From IMG/VR virus record IMGVR_UViG_3300009159_000035: a stretch of 64,000 nt of DNA. One strand, 5' to 3'. Shown piece by piece: positions 36,792 to 47,900 of this stretch. Positions within the stretch are counted from its first letter, which is position 1; each line of letters starts with the position of its first letter. This DNA is from a virus. The translations under genes were made by a program, and so were the position numbers. Under the pieces are notes generated by a model. The model was not told where the DNA came from, made no database searches, and worked only from the letters and a program-made list of their open reading frames with translations.

Positions 36792-37896
36792 CGGTTGCTT
36801 GTTGTTTTACTAAATTATGAATTTCTATAAATTTTTGGGCTAATTCTGTTTTAAAAGTCTGTGAATAGTCTTTTGTCTTTATATAGCTTTTAAATATATC
36901 AATAACATTAAATTGATCTTCTGGATTAAAGTCAGTTGATGTAGACTCATCGGTTACTTGATCTACATATGTAAAAAATTCAACTTTTCTATGAGTTGAT
37001 TTTGAAATAAGTTCTAAGAATCTAGTTATTGAAAATTTATTAACAAAATTTACGCTAATCATAATATCAACAAATGAATTATTTAATTTTTCAATTACTT
37101 TATTTGCTGGCATTTCCAATAATTCAAATATATCAAATTTCTTATATACTGGCGATTGAGTATTCTCAATAAAACTTTCAATTACCTTTTGAGAAGATAT
37201 GTCTAATTGATAAAAGCCTTTAGTATTATCGCGGTCTCCTCTATCCATTTGATATGGGGTTCCAGTATAGAGAACATTTTTAAATTCTTGACGATGATGA
37301 ATATGTCCAGCATAAACACGTTTATAGGAAGACAATATGTCTACTTCAATTCCATGTTCAACCTTTGTCCATTTGTTAAAGCTAAGACCTTTAATATCGG
37401 CATGACAAACAATATATTCACATAAATCTTTATGGTCAGTTATTATTTGATTTAACCGATTAGTGTCTTCAACCCAAGGTAACATTAAAAAATTATGGGA
37501 CTCGTTAATTGTAATAATTTCAGGATTTTCAAATACATGAATATTATCAGCAATATGTGAAATTGCTTTTAATGAATGAACGGCATTTCGATCTTTATAA
37601 TAGACGTCATGGTTTCCTATAATAATATAGATACCTCTTTTAAATTTATCAGAAAGCTTCTTAAAGATTGTTAGAGCTTCATCATGTACTCTAACATTAA
37701 TGGATTCACGTGAATGAAATATATCTCCTTCTAAAAATAATACATCTTGATCTTCATCAAAATCTTCATCTACTTTATTAATTAAAAAGTCCAATAGAAA
37801 ATCCTTTTGTATTTGGATCCATTCTATTGAATTATTTTTAATACCTAAATGTAAATCACCAACTAGTGTTATTTTTCGAATATTTGTTAACTTCAT
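36784..37896 (-). CDS. gp47: Recombination endonuclease nuclease subunit (gp47/Mre11/SbcD)
   Basis: GDLHLG, GDIFH, GNHD, GHIH, YTGTPYQ. Confidence 0.93.
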   Translation of the reverse strand: MKLTNIRKITLVGDLHLGIKNNSIEWIQIQKDFLLDFLINKVDEDFDEDQDVLFLEGDIFHSRESINVRVHDEALTIFKKLSDKFKRGIYIIIGNHDVYYKDRNAVHSLKAISHIADNIHVFENPEIITINESHNFLMLPWVEDTNRLNQIITDHKDLCEYIVCHADIKGLSFNKWTKVEHGIEVDILSSYKRVYAGHIHHRQEFKNVLYTGTPYQMDRGDRDNTKGFYQLDISSQKVIESFIENTQSPVYKKFDIFELLEMPANKVIEKLNNSFVDIMISVNFVNKFSITRFLELISKSTHRKVEFFTYVDQVTDESTSTDFNPEDQFNVIDIFKSYIKTKDYSQTFKTELAQKFIEIHNLVKQQATDE

Positions 37897-37897
37897 T

Positions 37898-38569
37898 TTA
37901 AAATATTTTATAGTTCTTACCCATACTATCCAAAAATCCGTATTTACTATTTAACTCAACTAATAAAAGTTCTTTATTTTCATAAGTTAACATATCAAAT
38001 ATTTTTTTATATTCCATGTTAAGAGTTGAAGAAATTGATTCAAGTACTTGGATTGGGCTAATGAATACTGTTGTATTTGTTCCAGTACTTAACCCATTTA
38101 AAATTGTACTAAATATTTGGTTAATTTGTATTTTTGTAAATTTTTGTTTTTCAGGTTCATCACCTAGGATCTCCTGTAACTCAGAGCAGCCTTTAATGAA
38201 ATTATATATGTCTCTTTGGACAATAGTATAGTCTACATGATTTGAATATCGATCTGGGTCAGACATAGCAAATTCAGCAGATCCACTTTCTAATTTAATA
38301 GCTGAACTTGAAGTTGGTGAATTATTGTCGTCTTCATCATTATGTTCATAACCTAAATTATAAGTATTTCCAAAAATCTTATCGTTTCTTTTTAGGTCAG
38401 AATAGGCAACTCGACGTCTTTCTAATTCTTCATCGTCATATTCTCCTTCAGCTAATCCTTCTTCTTCAATAATTACGTCATCATCGTCAAATTCTAAAGT
38501 ATCGTCTTGTTCAACGGTTAAATCATTATCTAAATCTGAAAAATCGTCTGGGTGTTTTCTTGGTGCCAT
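37898..38569 (-). CDS. Hypothetical protein with acidic N-terminus
   Basis: 223 aa in replication operon. Confidence 0.7.
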   Translation of the reverse strand: MAPRKHPDDFSDLDNDLTVEQDDTLEFDDDDVIIEEEGLAEGEYDDEELERRRVAYSDLKRNDKIFGNTYNLGYEHNDEDDNNSPTSSSAIKLESGSAEFAMSDPDRYSNHVDYTIVQRDIYNFIKGCSELQEILGDEPEKQKFTKIQINQIFSTILNGLSTGTNTTVFISPIQVLESISSTLNMEYKKIFDMLTYENKELLLVELNSKYGFLDSMGKNYKIF

Positions 38570-38585
38570 TTGTGTATGTATATTT

Positions 38586-40121
38586 TTATATCGAATTTAA
38601 CAGATCATCATAATCAGCAGATGTTCGATGGGTTTGGATTGGTACTGGCATAGCTAGTGCAACATCCATAGGTATTAAATTTTGAGGTAGCGTTGTAGTA
38701 TTAGTATGAGCAGTTTGATATTGAGTTCTCATTTGATTTTCAAGAGATTGTGTATCATCGTCATCTGAATAAAATTCGCTAGCTGGATCGTATTCCTCTG
38801 TTAATTTAGCAAATTCATAACTCATTCTATACATTTTAAAACTTTCAGTATAGCCGCCATCCCTATTTGCAATTAACTTGATCTTCATACGCTTTTCCAT
38901 AGGTCCACGGATTAATCCAAATAGTGAATCTACTGTATGTACTAGACCAAATGATTCTGCAATATCTGACATGCTTAAGTCTTGATCATCAACTGCATCT
39001 CTTTTAATTTGAGTTGCTGTAATAATACACCATTCATTTCGGATTGCAACTGCTCTAAGTTCTTCAGAAATAACCTTAATTTTTTCATAAGTATTACCTT
39101 GCTCACGAAGAGGTCGCATTAAGTTAATATAATCAACTACAATTACCGTAAATTTAATTCCAGAATTTTGTTGAACTTTTAAAAAGTAATTTTCTACATC
39201 AATTGCTGAGGCAGTTCCAGTAGGAAATTCCTTAACTATTAATTGGCCAAGCTGAGGCATATCTAACTTGAGCTTTTGTATTTTACTAGTAACTTCAGAT
39301 ACTTGATTATTATCTAGCATTGAATCATAGTCCTTAAATGGAATACTTAATATGCTTGAACCAAGTCGCTTCATGTATTTACGATCAGATAATTCAAGAG
39401 TTCCGATTCCTACATGACAACCTGCCATAAATGCTCTAGCCGCAATATTTGAAAGAACCATTGATTTACCTACTTTAGGTCTTCCTTGAAAAACAACTAA
39501 GGTTTTTGGATTCCAACCGCCGCCTAATGTTTTATCAAAGAATGGAAAGCCGGTTGGATTTCCAATTTTTGAAAGTTGAACGTGATCAATTGAAGTAAAA
39601 AAGTTTAGACCAGATTCCGCGCTTGTAAATGAAACATTTAATTTGCTATTAAATTTTTCTCTAACATCATTTGTAATTAATTCAACATTCTCTGGATTAA
39701 TATCAGTTGTCTTTAAATACGATAACACATCAATTACTGATGCATTTAAGTTTTTATAGAAAATAAAAGCTTTTGTGTATTTAAAAAGAAACTCATAATT
39801 ATAACTAGATAAGTCAACCTCAAATAGTGCATTAAATTTTTGTTCTGAAATATCTAGATTTGAAAGATTTGCAATTTGGCGTAATTCATTTCTGGTTGGA
39901 ATTTTAGAATATTCAATAAAGAATTTTTTAGCTTCACGATATAATCTTTGTAGAGTATCATCATTGAAGTAATGAGCTTTAATTAAAGGAATAACTTCTC
40001 GTTTGTCTAATGATTCGAAGTTTTTAGGTTTAATGATTATATCATTATCATCTTCGGTTAGAACAAAGTTAAAAATTATTTTTTCGAGAAGCTCAATATT
40101 CTCTTTGAAATCTATCATCAT
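38586..40121 (-). CDS. gp41: Replicative DnaB-like helicase (gp41)
   Basis: GRPKVGKS, LELS, VKEFPTG, VVDYINLM, EELRAVA, TATQ, IAESFGL. Confidence 0.92.
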   Translation of the reverse strand: MMIDFKENIELLEKIIFNFVLTEDDNDIIIKPKNFESLDKREVIPLIKAHYFNDDTLQRLYREAKKFFIEYSKIPTRNELRQIANLSNLDISEQKFNALFEVDLSSYNYEFLFKYTKAFIFYKNLNASVIDVLSYLKTTDINPENVELITNDVREKFNSKLNVSFTSAESGLNFFTSIDHVQLSKIGNPTGFPFFDKTLGGGWNPKTLVVFQGRPKVGKSMVLSNIAARAFMAGCHVGIGTLELSDRKYMKRLGSSILSIPFKDYDSMLDNNQVSEVTSKIQKLKLDMPQLGQLIVKEFPTGTASAIDVENYFLKVQQNSGIKFTVIVVDYINLMRPLREQGNTYEKIKVISEELRAVAIRNEWCIITATQIKRDAVDDQDLSMSDIAESFGLVHTVDSLFGLIRGPMEKRMKIKLIANRDGGYTESFKMYRMSYEFAKLTEEYDPASEFYSDDDDTQSLENQMRTQYQTAHTNTTTLPQNLIPMDVALAMPVPIQTHRTSADYDDLLNSI

Positions 40122-40126
40122 ATTTT

Positions 40127-40465
40127 TTAGTTCGAAATTATGTAAAATTTTAAAAATTCAGATTGGTCAATTATTATAAATTCGCCTTTCTTAATTAGAA
40201 TATTGTCTTCTATTAAGTCTTTCATTAATAGTTTTAATTTTTCTAAAAATTCAGCCGTTAATTTATCTCCAAACACATATTTTAAAGTTTTTGTTGAAAA
40301 TTTAATATCTTCTGGGTCAAACTCTTTAGACTTGACTTGGGTAACTCTTACAATATACGACACAATATCAAATATAAAGTCTTGCCTAGTTGGATAGCTA
40401 GGCAAGACAATATGCGACTCTAGTAAGTATTTAAGCGGAATATTTGGTTGTAATTTAAAGATCAT
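40127..40465 (-). CDS. Hypothetical protein (possible winged helix)
   Basis: 112 aa between uvsX and gp41. Confidence 0.6.
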   Translation of the reverse strand: MIFKLQPNIPLKYLLESHIVLPSYPTRQDFIFDIVSYIVRVTQVKSKEFDPEDIKFSTKTLKYVFGDKLTAEFLEKLKLLMKDLIEDNILIKKGEFIIIDQSEFLKFYIISN

Positions 40466-41645
40466 TGTCAGACTCAGTTAAATCTTCTAATTCATCTATT
40501 TCCATTTCATCTATTCCATCTTGAGTTTCAGGAAATTTAAACTTGGGTTTAATTGTGGTCTCATCTAGTTGAGTTAGCACTTCATGAGTAAATAATCTAT
40601 CTGAGAAAAATTCTTTAACTGGAACTGCATCGCCATTGTGTTTGATAATATAGGTTTTACCAAGTTTTTTTGGTAGAAAATAGAAAGTCTCTCCAGCCAC
40701 TTCAAATTTTGAACATAATTCTGATTCGTCTGGTTTTAGTTTAGAGAATTCCTTTTCAGTTAATTTATTACCTCTACCAACTCCACATGTTTCCCAACTA
40801 ACATATTGTTCAAGGCCTACGAATTGATTCATACCTTTATGGAATGAAATATGGAATTCAATATCAATTGGTCGAGCTAAACGATTCTTTTTAGTTTTAG
40901 AGCGAACAATAATTCCAGTAGTGGTTTTAGCTTCATCTCTAAGAGTTCCTTTACTTAACATCAAGATAATTGATGCAGAGAATTCTGGACCTCCACCGCC
41001 TGACATACCCTTTGGAGTATATTGATCCATTGAGGCATATGTGTGGTTTGTAAAAATAAATGGAACTTTATAATTTGAAAGATCCAAAGTTAATGATTTG
41101 AATAGTGACCTCATTTCTTTTGCACGAAGTCCCATATCTGCAGCATTTTTACCTGCATCCATATCACGCTGACTTTTATCAGTATCAAGCATTCCTACTG
41201 AATCTACAAATAGTGCAATCTTAAGTCCTGGATTCTCCTTGATTGTGTCAATTAGATCGTGGACATAAAATTTAACCTCACTAATAAGACCCATACGTAA
41301 ATACTTTAATTTACTTAGATCTACTCCAAATTTAACATAGTCACTTGAATCAATTGCACCCTCGGTGTCAATATAAATTACCATGTAATCCATTTTTTGT
41401 AATTCACGAACTGCATTTAAACATAGGAAAGTTTTACCTGAGCCAGAGTCTCCAGCAATTCCAATACTTCGAGTATTAGGATAACCTCCAAATAACGAGC
41501 CTGACATTTGTGCATTTAGTAAGTAATTTCCAGTTGGAATGTACTCTTCAATATCAGAGAACCCTCTGATTTCAATTTTTGATTTGACTTTTTTCTCGAG
41601 CAAGTCGTTAAACTTGGCGAATGCGTCCATTGTTGATTTTGCCAT
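40455..41645 (-). CDS. uvsX: RecA-like recombinase UvsX
   Basis: AGDSGSGKT, IDTEGA, VDSVGML, DMGLRAK, TNHTY, SGGGG. Confidence 0.92.
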   Translation of the reverse strand: MAKSTMDAFAKFNDLLEKKVKSKIEIRGFSDIEEYIPTGNYLLNAQMSGSLFGGYPNTRSIGIAGDSGSGKTFLCLNAVRELQKMDYMVIYIDTEGAIDSSDYVKFGVDLSKLKYLRMGLISEVKFYVHDLIDTIKENPGLKIALFVDSVGMLDTDKSQRDMDAGKNAADMGLRAKEMRSLFKSLTLDLSNYKVPFIFTNHTYASMDQYTPKGMSGGGGPEFSASIILMLSKGTLRDEAKTTTGIIVRSKTKKNRLARPIDIEFHISFHKGMNQFVGLEQYVSWETCGVGRGNKLTEKEFSKLKPDESELCSKFEVAGETFYFLPKKLGKTYIIKHNGDAVPVKEFFSDRLFTHEVLTQLDETTIKPKFKFPETQDGIDEMEIDELEDLTESDNDL

Positions 41646-41669
41646 GTGTATAAAATTAATATTTAATAT

Positions 41670-41697
41670 CTTTTACAAAGGATACTAAAATGGGTTT
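41670..41697 (-). promoter_or_regulatory. AAAC-N18-TAAAAG promoter for uvsX operon
   Basis: Recurrent motif. Confidence 0.6.
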
Positions 41698-42265
41698 AGT
41701 TAAAATATGAAGCTAGTAAAAAAGATCCAGATAGTATTGTTGTATCTGGAAAGTCACCATTAACTACTTGATGAAATCCTATATTAATGATTTTAGAATC
41801 ATCTTTTGTAAAATTATCTTTAGAAAGATTTCTAGTAAATTCAAATCCGTCTTTTGCTGGTTTTCCCAAATCAATTCCATAACAGTGCATGGTTAGAGTT
41901 ATTGGTGAATTCATTGCAATATCTCCCAAATAAAATATTTGGTTCTCAGTTAAGCCGAGTTGTTCAATATTTAATCCAGCCTCTTCAACTAGAGCTCTAC
42001 ATACTGAATCATATGGAGTACGGTCTAAATCTGAATTAACTTCGTCTATAATTAAGGTATGAGCAGTTTGGCCATTTGCTTTATTTGGAAACTCAAGAGC
42101 ATAAATTGACTTAATTGTATCTTCCGCAGTTTTAGTAAATGGTATTAAACAAATATATTCTGAATCAACTGATAAGTATTGAGCTGAGTGTTGATCACGG
42201 TTAACTGTTAATAAGTTAAATTTTCCTATCTTGCTAGGAGTTTCATTAGATACTTGATTATGCAT
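41696..42265 (-). CDS. Nudix-fold-like protein with degenerate Nudix box
   Basis: PYDSVCRALVEEAGL versus consensus GX5EX7REUXEEXGU. Confidence 0.5.
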   Translation of the reverse strand: MHNQVSNETPSKIGKFNLLTVNRDQHSAQYLSVDSEYICLIPFTKTAEDTIKSIYALEFPNKANGQTAHTLIIDEVNSDLDRTPYDSVCRALVEEAGLNIEQLGLTENQIFYLGDIAMNSPITLTMHCYGIDLGKPAKDGFEFTRNLSKDNFTKDDSKIINIGFHQVVNGDFPDTTILSGSFLLASYFN

Positions 42266-42890
42266 TAGCTGTAGATTTTTTAGTAGGTGTTGTACTCAAC
42301 ATTTTCTTCATAGTCCTTTTAATTGAGTCAGCAGTTACGTTATTATTTATATAGTCAGACAATTTTGTTAAAAACTCTTCTTTATTCTTAGAGTTTGAAT
42401 ACATCATCTTTAATAAATTTTTACTAGGTAATTTAATTTTAACAGAAAGAGCTAAATCCGTATCTTCTAGTGAAAACATACCAAATAAATCACCTGGATC
42501 AGTAGAAACTTTAAGTTGAGCGGGTTGAGCTGGTGGTGGAGCTATTGTTTTTGGTGCAATAATGTCAGACCTAAATTCGGCTGGAATTTCTTCAGTTACT
42601 TTAAAATCTTCATTTAATGAAGGAATATAATTGATTGACTGAATTTCGGCCATTGACATTGGCTGTTGATCTTCAGTGACCATCATTAAGTCAGAAGAAA
42701 CTCGGTCAGTATCAAGTTGAGTACCGTCTGACAGAACTGCCATAAATCTACCATTTCTAGATGGCATAACGTCCCTAACTTGGACTACTTTTCCTAATTT
42801 AGTACGATCAGTAGTTTTGATCCATTGAAAGTCGTTTGATTGGAAGCTGCTTTTTATTGCAACTAGAGTATCAATATCGTAGTTATTCAT
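42258..42890 (-). CDS. Hypothetical protein
   Basis: Likely start ATG 42890 (MNNYD); FQWIKT...GKVV; Pro-rich linker. Confidence 0.65.
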   Translation of the reverse strand: MNNYDIDTLVAIKSSFQSNDFQWIKTTDRTKLGKVVQVRDVMPSRNGRFMAVLSDGTQLDTDRVSSDLMMVTEDQQPMSMAEIQSINYIPSLNEDFKVTEEIPAEFRSDIIAPKTIAPPPAQPAQLKVSTDPGDLFGMFSLEDTDLALSVKIKLPSKNLLKMMYSNSKNKEEFLTKLSDYINNNVTADSIKRTMKKMLSTTPTKKSTANA

Positions 42891-42909
42891 AATTATGTTT
42901 TTTATTTTT

Positions 42910-44292
42910 TTAAGCCACTTTTTCACTTGACAATTGTTCTTCTAATTTTTTCATTTGATTCTTTGTATCTACTCGACCATTATATAATTTAGTAAGAATT
43001 GTTCGAGCAGCTGAATCCATTTTATTTGTGAAGACTGTATCGTTTTTTGTTAATATTTGATCAGGCTGTAGTTCAATACCAGGTTTAATTTTTCCCAAAT
43101 ACGCATCTGGAGAAATATTAAATTGAATCTGAATGTTTGGATACATTGAGGCAAAGTCAAAACATGAAACATACTTGTAATAGCCAGGTTCAGGTTTTGC
43201 AACATACGCTCCATCATAAGTTGCATCTTCTTCTAGGTCTCTTCGATCATTTGCCATATAACGGCCTCTATCTAAAAACTCACGACACATTAATGATTCA
43301 GTAATGAATACTGCTGAGAATACTTTTGAAACATCAACCTTTGCAAATTTTGAAATTGCAAATGCAACATCAAGTAGTCCAAGTTTATCTTCAATTAGTT
43401 TAATAAGAATTGTATCAATAATATTATATTTGATAAAGTTTTCAATATCTTGTTGGGCTTCCATCATAGTTGCATACTCACTATGAAGTTTAGTTGTTCC
43501 TAATACTAGGTTAGCAATATAATCTAATTTATAATTTTCAACTACTTTATAGGGTTTAGTATTCATAAATACTTCCATGTAATCTAAAAGACCTAAATGA
43601 ATTGGCATTTTTGATTTACCGATTAAGGTTTTAGAAGGCATTGTTTTCATTGGATCAATATCCAATTTTTTACAACGATTAATTAGATAAATCCAGTCAA
43701 ATCCAATAACATTCCAACCGGTTAAGAATGGAATTTTTGGAAGAACTTTATGAAAGAAGGTTTTCATTAACTCTTCTTCAGTTTCAAAGAAAAGATATTT
43801 AAGAGTAAACGTTTGACCGTGAGCTTTAAAATATTCATTCACTTCATCTTGCATTTGTAAAATTGGAGACTCTTCCAATTTCTTCATGGTTGACATTACA
43901 AAACAAACATTGTCCTCATTAACAAAAGTAATTAAATTAACTGGCATTGCTGCTTTTGCTGGATCAGGAAACTCTTGTGAAGTTAACTGAATCTCAATAT
44001 CTAAATAATATTTTTTTGGACTGTCATCTGAATAAATTGAGGCAAGCTCAGTTTCATCTAATCTGGTTTGGGTTAATTCCTCAAGTCTAAATTTACTTAA
44101 CCATTTACCTTGAACTTTTTTTAGGAACTTTCCATCCCAATTTCGGTGTTCAGTTGGAGTTGGAGTTAAGTTCCAATTATAAAGATCATGTGGAAGTATT
44201 GGCTTTTTCATAAAGCCGATTGTACCATCCGGTTTATAATAAGAAATAACTAATGTTGAGTCTTCTGTGTGAAATTCTGTGCTTACAATCAT
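42910..44292 (-). CDS. gp43A: Family B DNA polymerase, N-terminal subunit (3'-5' exonuclease and motif A) of a split gp43
   Basis: YLDIEI (ExoI), GWNVIGFDW (ExoII), YNIIDT (ExoIII), YDGAYV, FDFASMYP (motif A), NISPD; ends after first fingers helix; likely start ATG 44292. Confidence 0.9.
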   Translation of the reverse strand: MIVSTEFHTEDSTLVISYYKPDGTIGFMKKPILPHDLYNWNLTPTPTEHRNWDGKFLKKVQGKWLSKFRLEELTQTRLDETELASIYSDDSPKKYYLDIEIQLTSQEFPDPAKAAMPVNLITFVNEDNVCFVMSTMKKLEESPILQMQDEVNEYFKAHGQTFTLKYLFFETEEELMKTFFHKVLPKIPFLTGWNVIGFDWIYLINRCKKLDIDPMKTMPSKTLIGKSKMPIHLGLLDYMEVFMNTKPYKVVENYKLDYIANLVLGTTKLHSEYATMMEAQQDIENFIKYNIIDTILIKLIEDKLGLLDVAFAISKFAKVDVSKVFSAVFITESLMCREFLDRGRYMANDRRDLEEDATYDGAYVAKPEPGYYKYVSCFDFASMYPNIQIQFNISPDAYLGKIKPGIELQPDQILTKNDTVFTNKMDSAARTILTKLYNGRVDTKNQMKKLEEQLSSEKVA

Positions 44293-44314
44293 ATTTGTTC
44301 TAATATACCAAAAA

Positions 44315-44752
44315 TTAATGAGTTCCTGTTGAACCAAATCCGCCTTCTCCACGCTCAGTCATCTCAGAATAAAGCTCTTCAAGTGGAACGTCCTCAATTA
44401 TATCATAAAATACTGGAACAAGTACAAACTGGATTAATTTTTGACCCGGAGTTATGAGTTGGGCCTCGGTTCCAACATTAATCACATGGATATGAATTTC
44501 GCCTTGATAATCTTCATCACAGACTTCAGCCCCTTTAATTAATAACTGTTTGGTTGCAACGCCTGACTTGTTAAAGGCAGTTAACATATACCCAGTAGGA
44601 ATATCGGCTTTAATACCAGTTGGAATTAGGGCAGAGTTCCCAGGAAGTAATGTTAGTTCCAAATAATCGTTTGGAACAAAAAAATCTATACCTGCAGATT
44701 TAGAAGTTCCTCTAGTTGGGATCTTAACGTCCCGAATTCTTGAAATTTTCAT
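44315..44752 (-). CDS. dut: Trimeric dUTPase
   Basis: SAGIDF, KSG, DEDYQGEI, QFVL, RGEGGFGSTG. Confidence 0.93.
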   Translation of the reverse strand: MKISRIRDVKIPTRGTSKSAGIDFFVPNDYLELTLLPGNSALIPTGIKADIPTGYMLTAFNKSGVATKQLLIKGAEVCDEDYQGEIHIHVINVGTEAQLITPGQKLIQFVLVPVFYDIIEDVPLEELYSEMTERGEGGFGSTGTH

Positions 44753-44783
44753 TAATTATTGGTTTTATATAGTATTACTTGTT

Positions 44784-44810
44784 CTTTTACCCCCAAAGTA
44801 AAAAAAGTTT
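44784..44810 (-). promoter_or_regulatory. AAAC-N17-TAAAAG promoter for dut and pol N-subunit
   Basis: Recurrent motif. Confidence 0.65.
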
Positions 44811-44832
44811 AACTTTGGATACAATATTGCTG

Positions 44833-44904
44833 ATAAATAACTTTATCAACTCGTAGACCGTTTTTAAATTTATGAATTTGGGACGAATGTGATAAATAAA
44901 TAAC
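44833..44904 (+). promoter_or_regulatory. Tandem late promoters for tail sheath
   Basis: ATAAATAAC at 44833-44841 and 44896-44904. Confidence 0.7.
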
Positions 44905-44926
44905 TTCAAAATAATACGCAAAAGCG

Positions 44927-47900
44927 ATGGCAGAAAAATTAAATCTGAACAGATTCAAATCAAGCGGAGTCTATACAGTAGAAATTGATGAGAGCTCTAA
45001 CCTTTCATTACCTCTTTCAACTGGAAGATTGGTAATTGGCTCAAGTAAAAAAGGACCAATCAATGCAGTAGTACTAGTTAATGACTTACGTACATTATCG
45101 GCAGTCTATGGTGATATTGACTCTAAATTAGAAAAAAATGGTAATTATTTTCATAGAACTATTCAGGTAGCACTAAGAAACGGACCAGTTTATGCACTAA
45201 ATTTATTGCCAATTGCTGATTCGGATGTTGCTTATTTTACAACATTTAATACGGAAGCGGCTTCAAATAACTCAACATGGTCTGCTAGTTCTTATCAAAG
45301 CAGCATAGCTGATTTCTATAATACTCAAAAATTATGGTTTGCAGACGTTGATGCGGTTAACAAATATAAAAACTTAGCACTAGGCGATTCATTCCCAGCA
45401 ACTGGAACAGTTGATAGAGATGCAAACAAATTATTAAGTTTAGTTAATCTATCTAAGAAGAATGTTACCTCATGGGCTAGAATAGCAGATACAACTGGAT
45501 ATGACATTAAAGTTAAAGAATATTATAAATTACTTGGCGATAAGGTTGAAGTTCCTGATTTCTTACACCCTGATGATTATGTTGCTGACTATTTTGTAGA
45601 ACTATCAGTAGTTGAAGGAGATTGGTCAGATGCTCTTAGATTATCAAAAGACCCAATTTACCAACAATATTTTAATGAAAGCGGTATTATTTTATCAAAA
45701 ATGAACGATTTTCTATCATTAAAAGAAGTTACAGTAGTTAATCGTACAATTGGAGCAATTATTCCAGAATTTACAGACCTAACTGGAGCACCAGCTTCAT
45801 TAGACGACTTATTCAATAATAAGTTCTCTCAATCTGGAGTTTATTGTGCTCTTGACTATAAGAAAATTGATATGATTGATTTAGCAAACAATCCAGTATT
45901 TGATAGCGGTAGTGCAACTGAATCAATTGAATCACAAAGATTAGATTTAGTAGGTTATGGTTTTGATGAAATAGATTCTAGCGTTTATTCAGTAGATAGC
46001 GGTAATCCAGATTTATCAATTGATCCAGTTAAATTAATTGATGTATTAAGTTACAGAAAAACTGCTGGTTACGAATATTATTTTAATATTCCAACAACTT
46101 CACCTGATAACTACGATATTTTACCTGGAGCTGCTATTAATCCAGGAGAAATGTATACAGTTAATCCAACTGGAACTAACAATAATTATATTATTGCAAC
46201 AATAGGTAGTCCACTGTATAATGCATGGGCAAATGGATTTATTAAAACTGGAGATACTTTACTTACAGGATCTACTAGATACTTATCAACTGACGGAGTA
46301 GTTAAAACAGTTATGAACGGTTTGGTTAAAGTTAGTTATATTGAGTTTTACGCCTATAGCGATTTGACTTATACTAACCAAGTTGATGCAGCCGCAATAA
46401 CTAGTGGATCAAACAAATATTTACATATTAAGTCAGTAACGGTTACTGAATTTAACTTTGACTTTGACTTAACTGATACTGATTATTTTATGTCAGGTTT
46501 TAGTTATTTTTCGCCTAACCGATTAGTATTTACACTAGCGCCTACTCTTTATGGAAATACCGCAAAGAAAGAAATAGCAAATGGAAATGCGGCATATGAT
46601 GCAACTAAGAGAAGTAAAATTGAAGCCTTTATTAAAACTGGTCAATATGTTAAAGCTAGTATATTAACTGACTCAGATGGTGACCCAGTTATTCGTGAAC
46701 GTTTATTAAGGATTAAAACAGTTTATGCAAGAAAAGTAAGTGTTACTTATTTAGGAGATCCTACTAACACTTTAGAATATACAATTACAGTAGACTCTCC
46801 ATTAGATATAAATGTAACTGGAATCAATCTTACTGATTCAGTGTTAAAGGTATATAAGGGAATTAAAAACTATGTAACTGATCTTAAAGGTTTTTATGTA
46901 CCAGCAATATCGCTTGATGAAGTTGGTTTATATCCTAATGGAACATCTGCTCGTCAAGATAAGATTCTTGACTATATGTTTGAAAATACTAATATTGCAA
47001 CAACCATTGCTGATAATGAGACCCTAAACTTCCGATATATTATCGATTCATTTGAAGGTCAAGTTGCACCTGCTTCTAAACAGCAACTTGCACAACTTGC
47101 AGCAAATCATGGAAAAGCCTTAGCTATTTGTAATGCTCCATCCTTTGCTCAATATGAAAAATCAATTGACCCAAGTTTTATTGATTTTAATACTAACTTA
47201 GTATCAACTGAGTATATTTCAACTGGTGGTAACCTATCATCAAATCCTCAATTTACATTTGGATTTGCAAGTGGAGATAAGAATGGTATTGCAATTGCAT
47301 CTTATGCTGCATATTTTATGCCTAACTTAGTAATATTTGATAATGGTAGAAGTAAATCTGTTCCACCTGCTGCATATATTGCAAATACATATATGAAAAA
47401 ATATACAGGTGGAAATACTTTCTCAATTGTTGCAGGTAAACGCGGTATTATTACTGAGCCTGAAGTAACTGGAATAGAATATGATTTAACTAATGACGAT
47501 AGAGATTATTTAGAACCAGTAGGTTTCAATATGATTGTTAGACGTAGAGGTTTCGGAGTAATGATTTTCTCAAATAACACAGGTTATCAAAGAGTAAGAT
47601 CTGCACTTAATAATATCCACGTTAGAGAGGCATTAGTAACAATTGAAAGAGATATTGAAAGAATCTTATTGAATTACCTATTTGAATTTAATGACACAAC
47701 TACTAGACTAAGAGTTAAAACACTAGTTAAAAACTACTTAGAAGCAGTTCAAGATGCTAGAGGTATTGCAACATTTGATGTAATATTTGATGATTCAAAT
47801 AATGGTTCTGAGGTTCTTGAAAATAACGCTGGTGTAATTGATATTATTGTTGATTTCCCAAGAGGTATTCAAAAGTTCATCAACCGTATTACAATCACAA

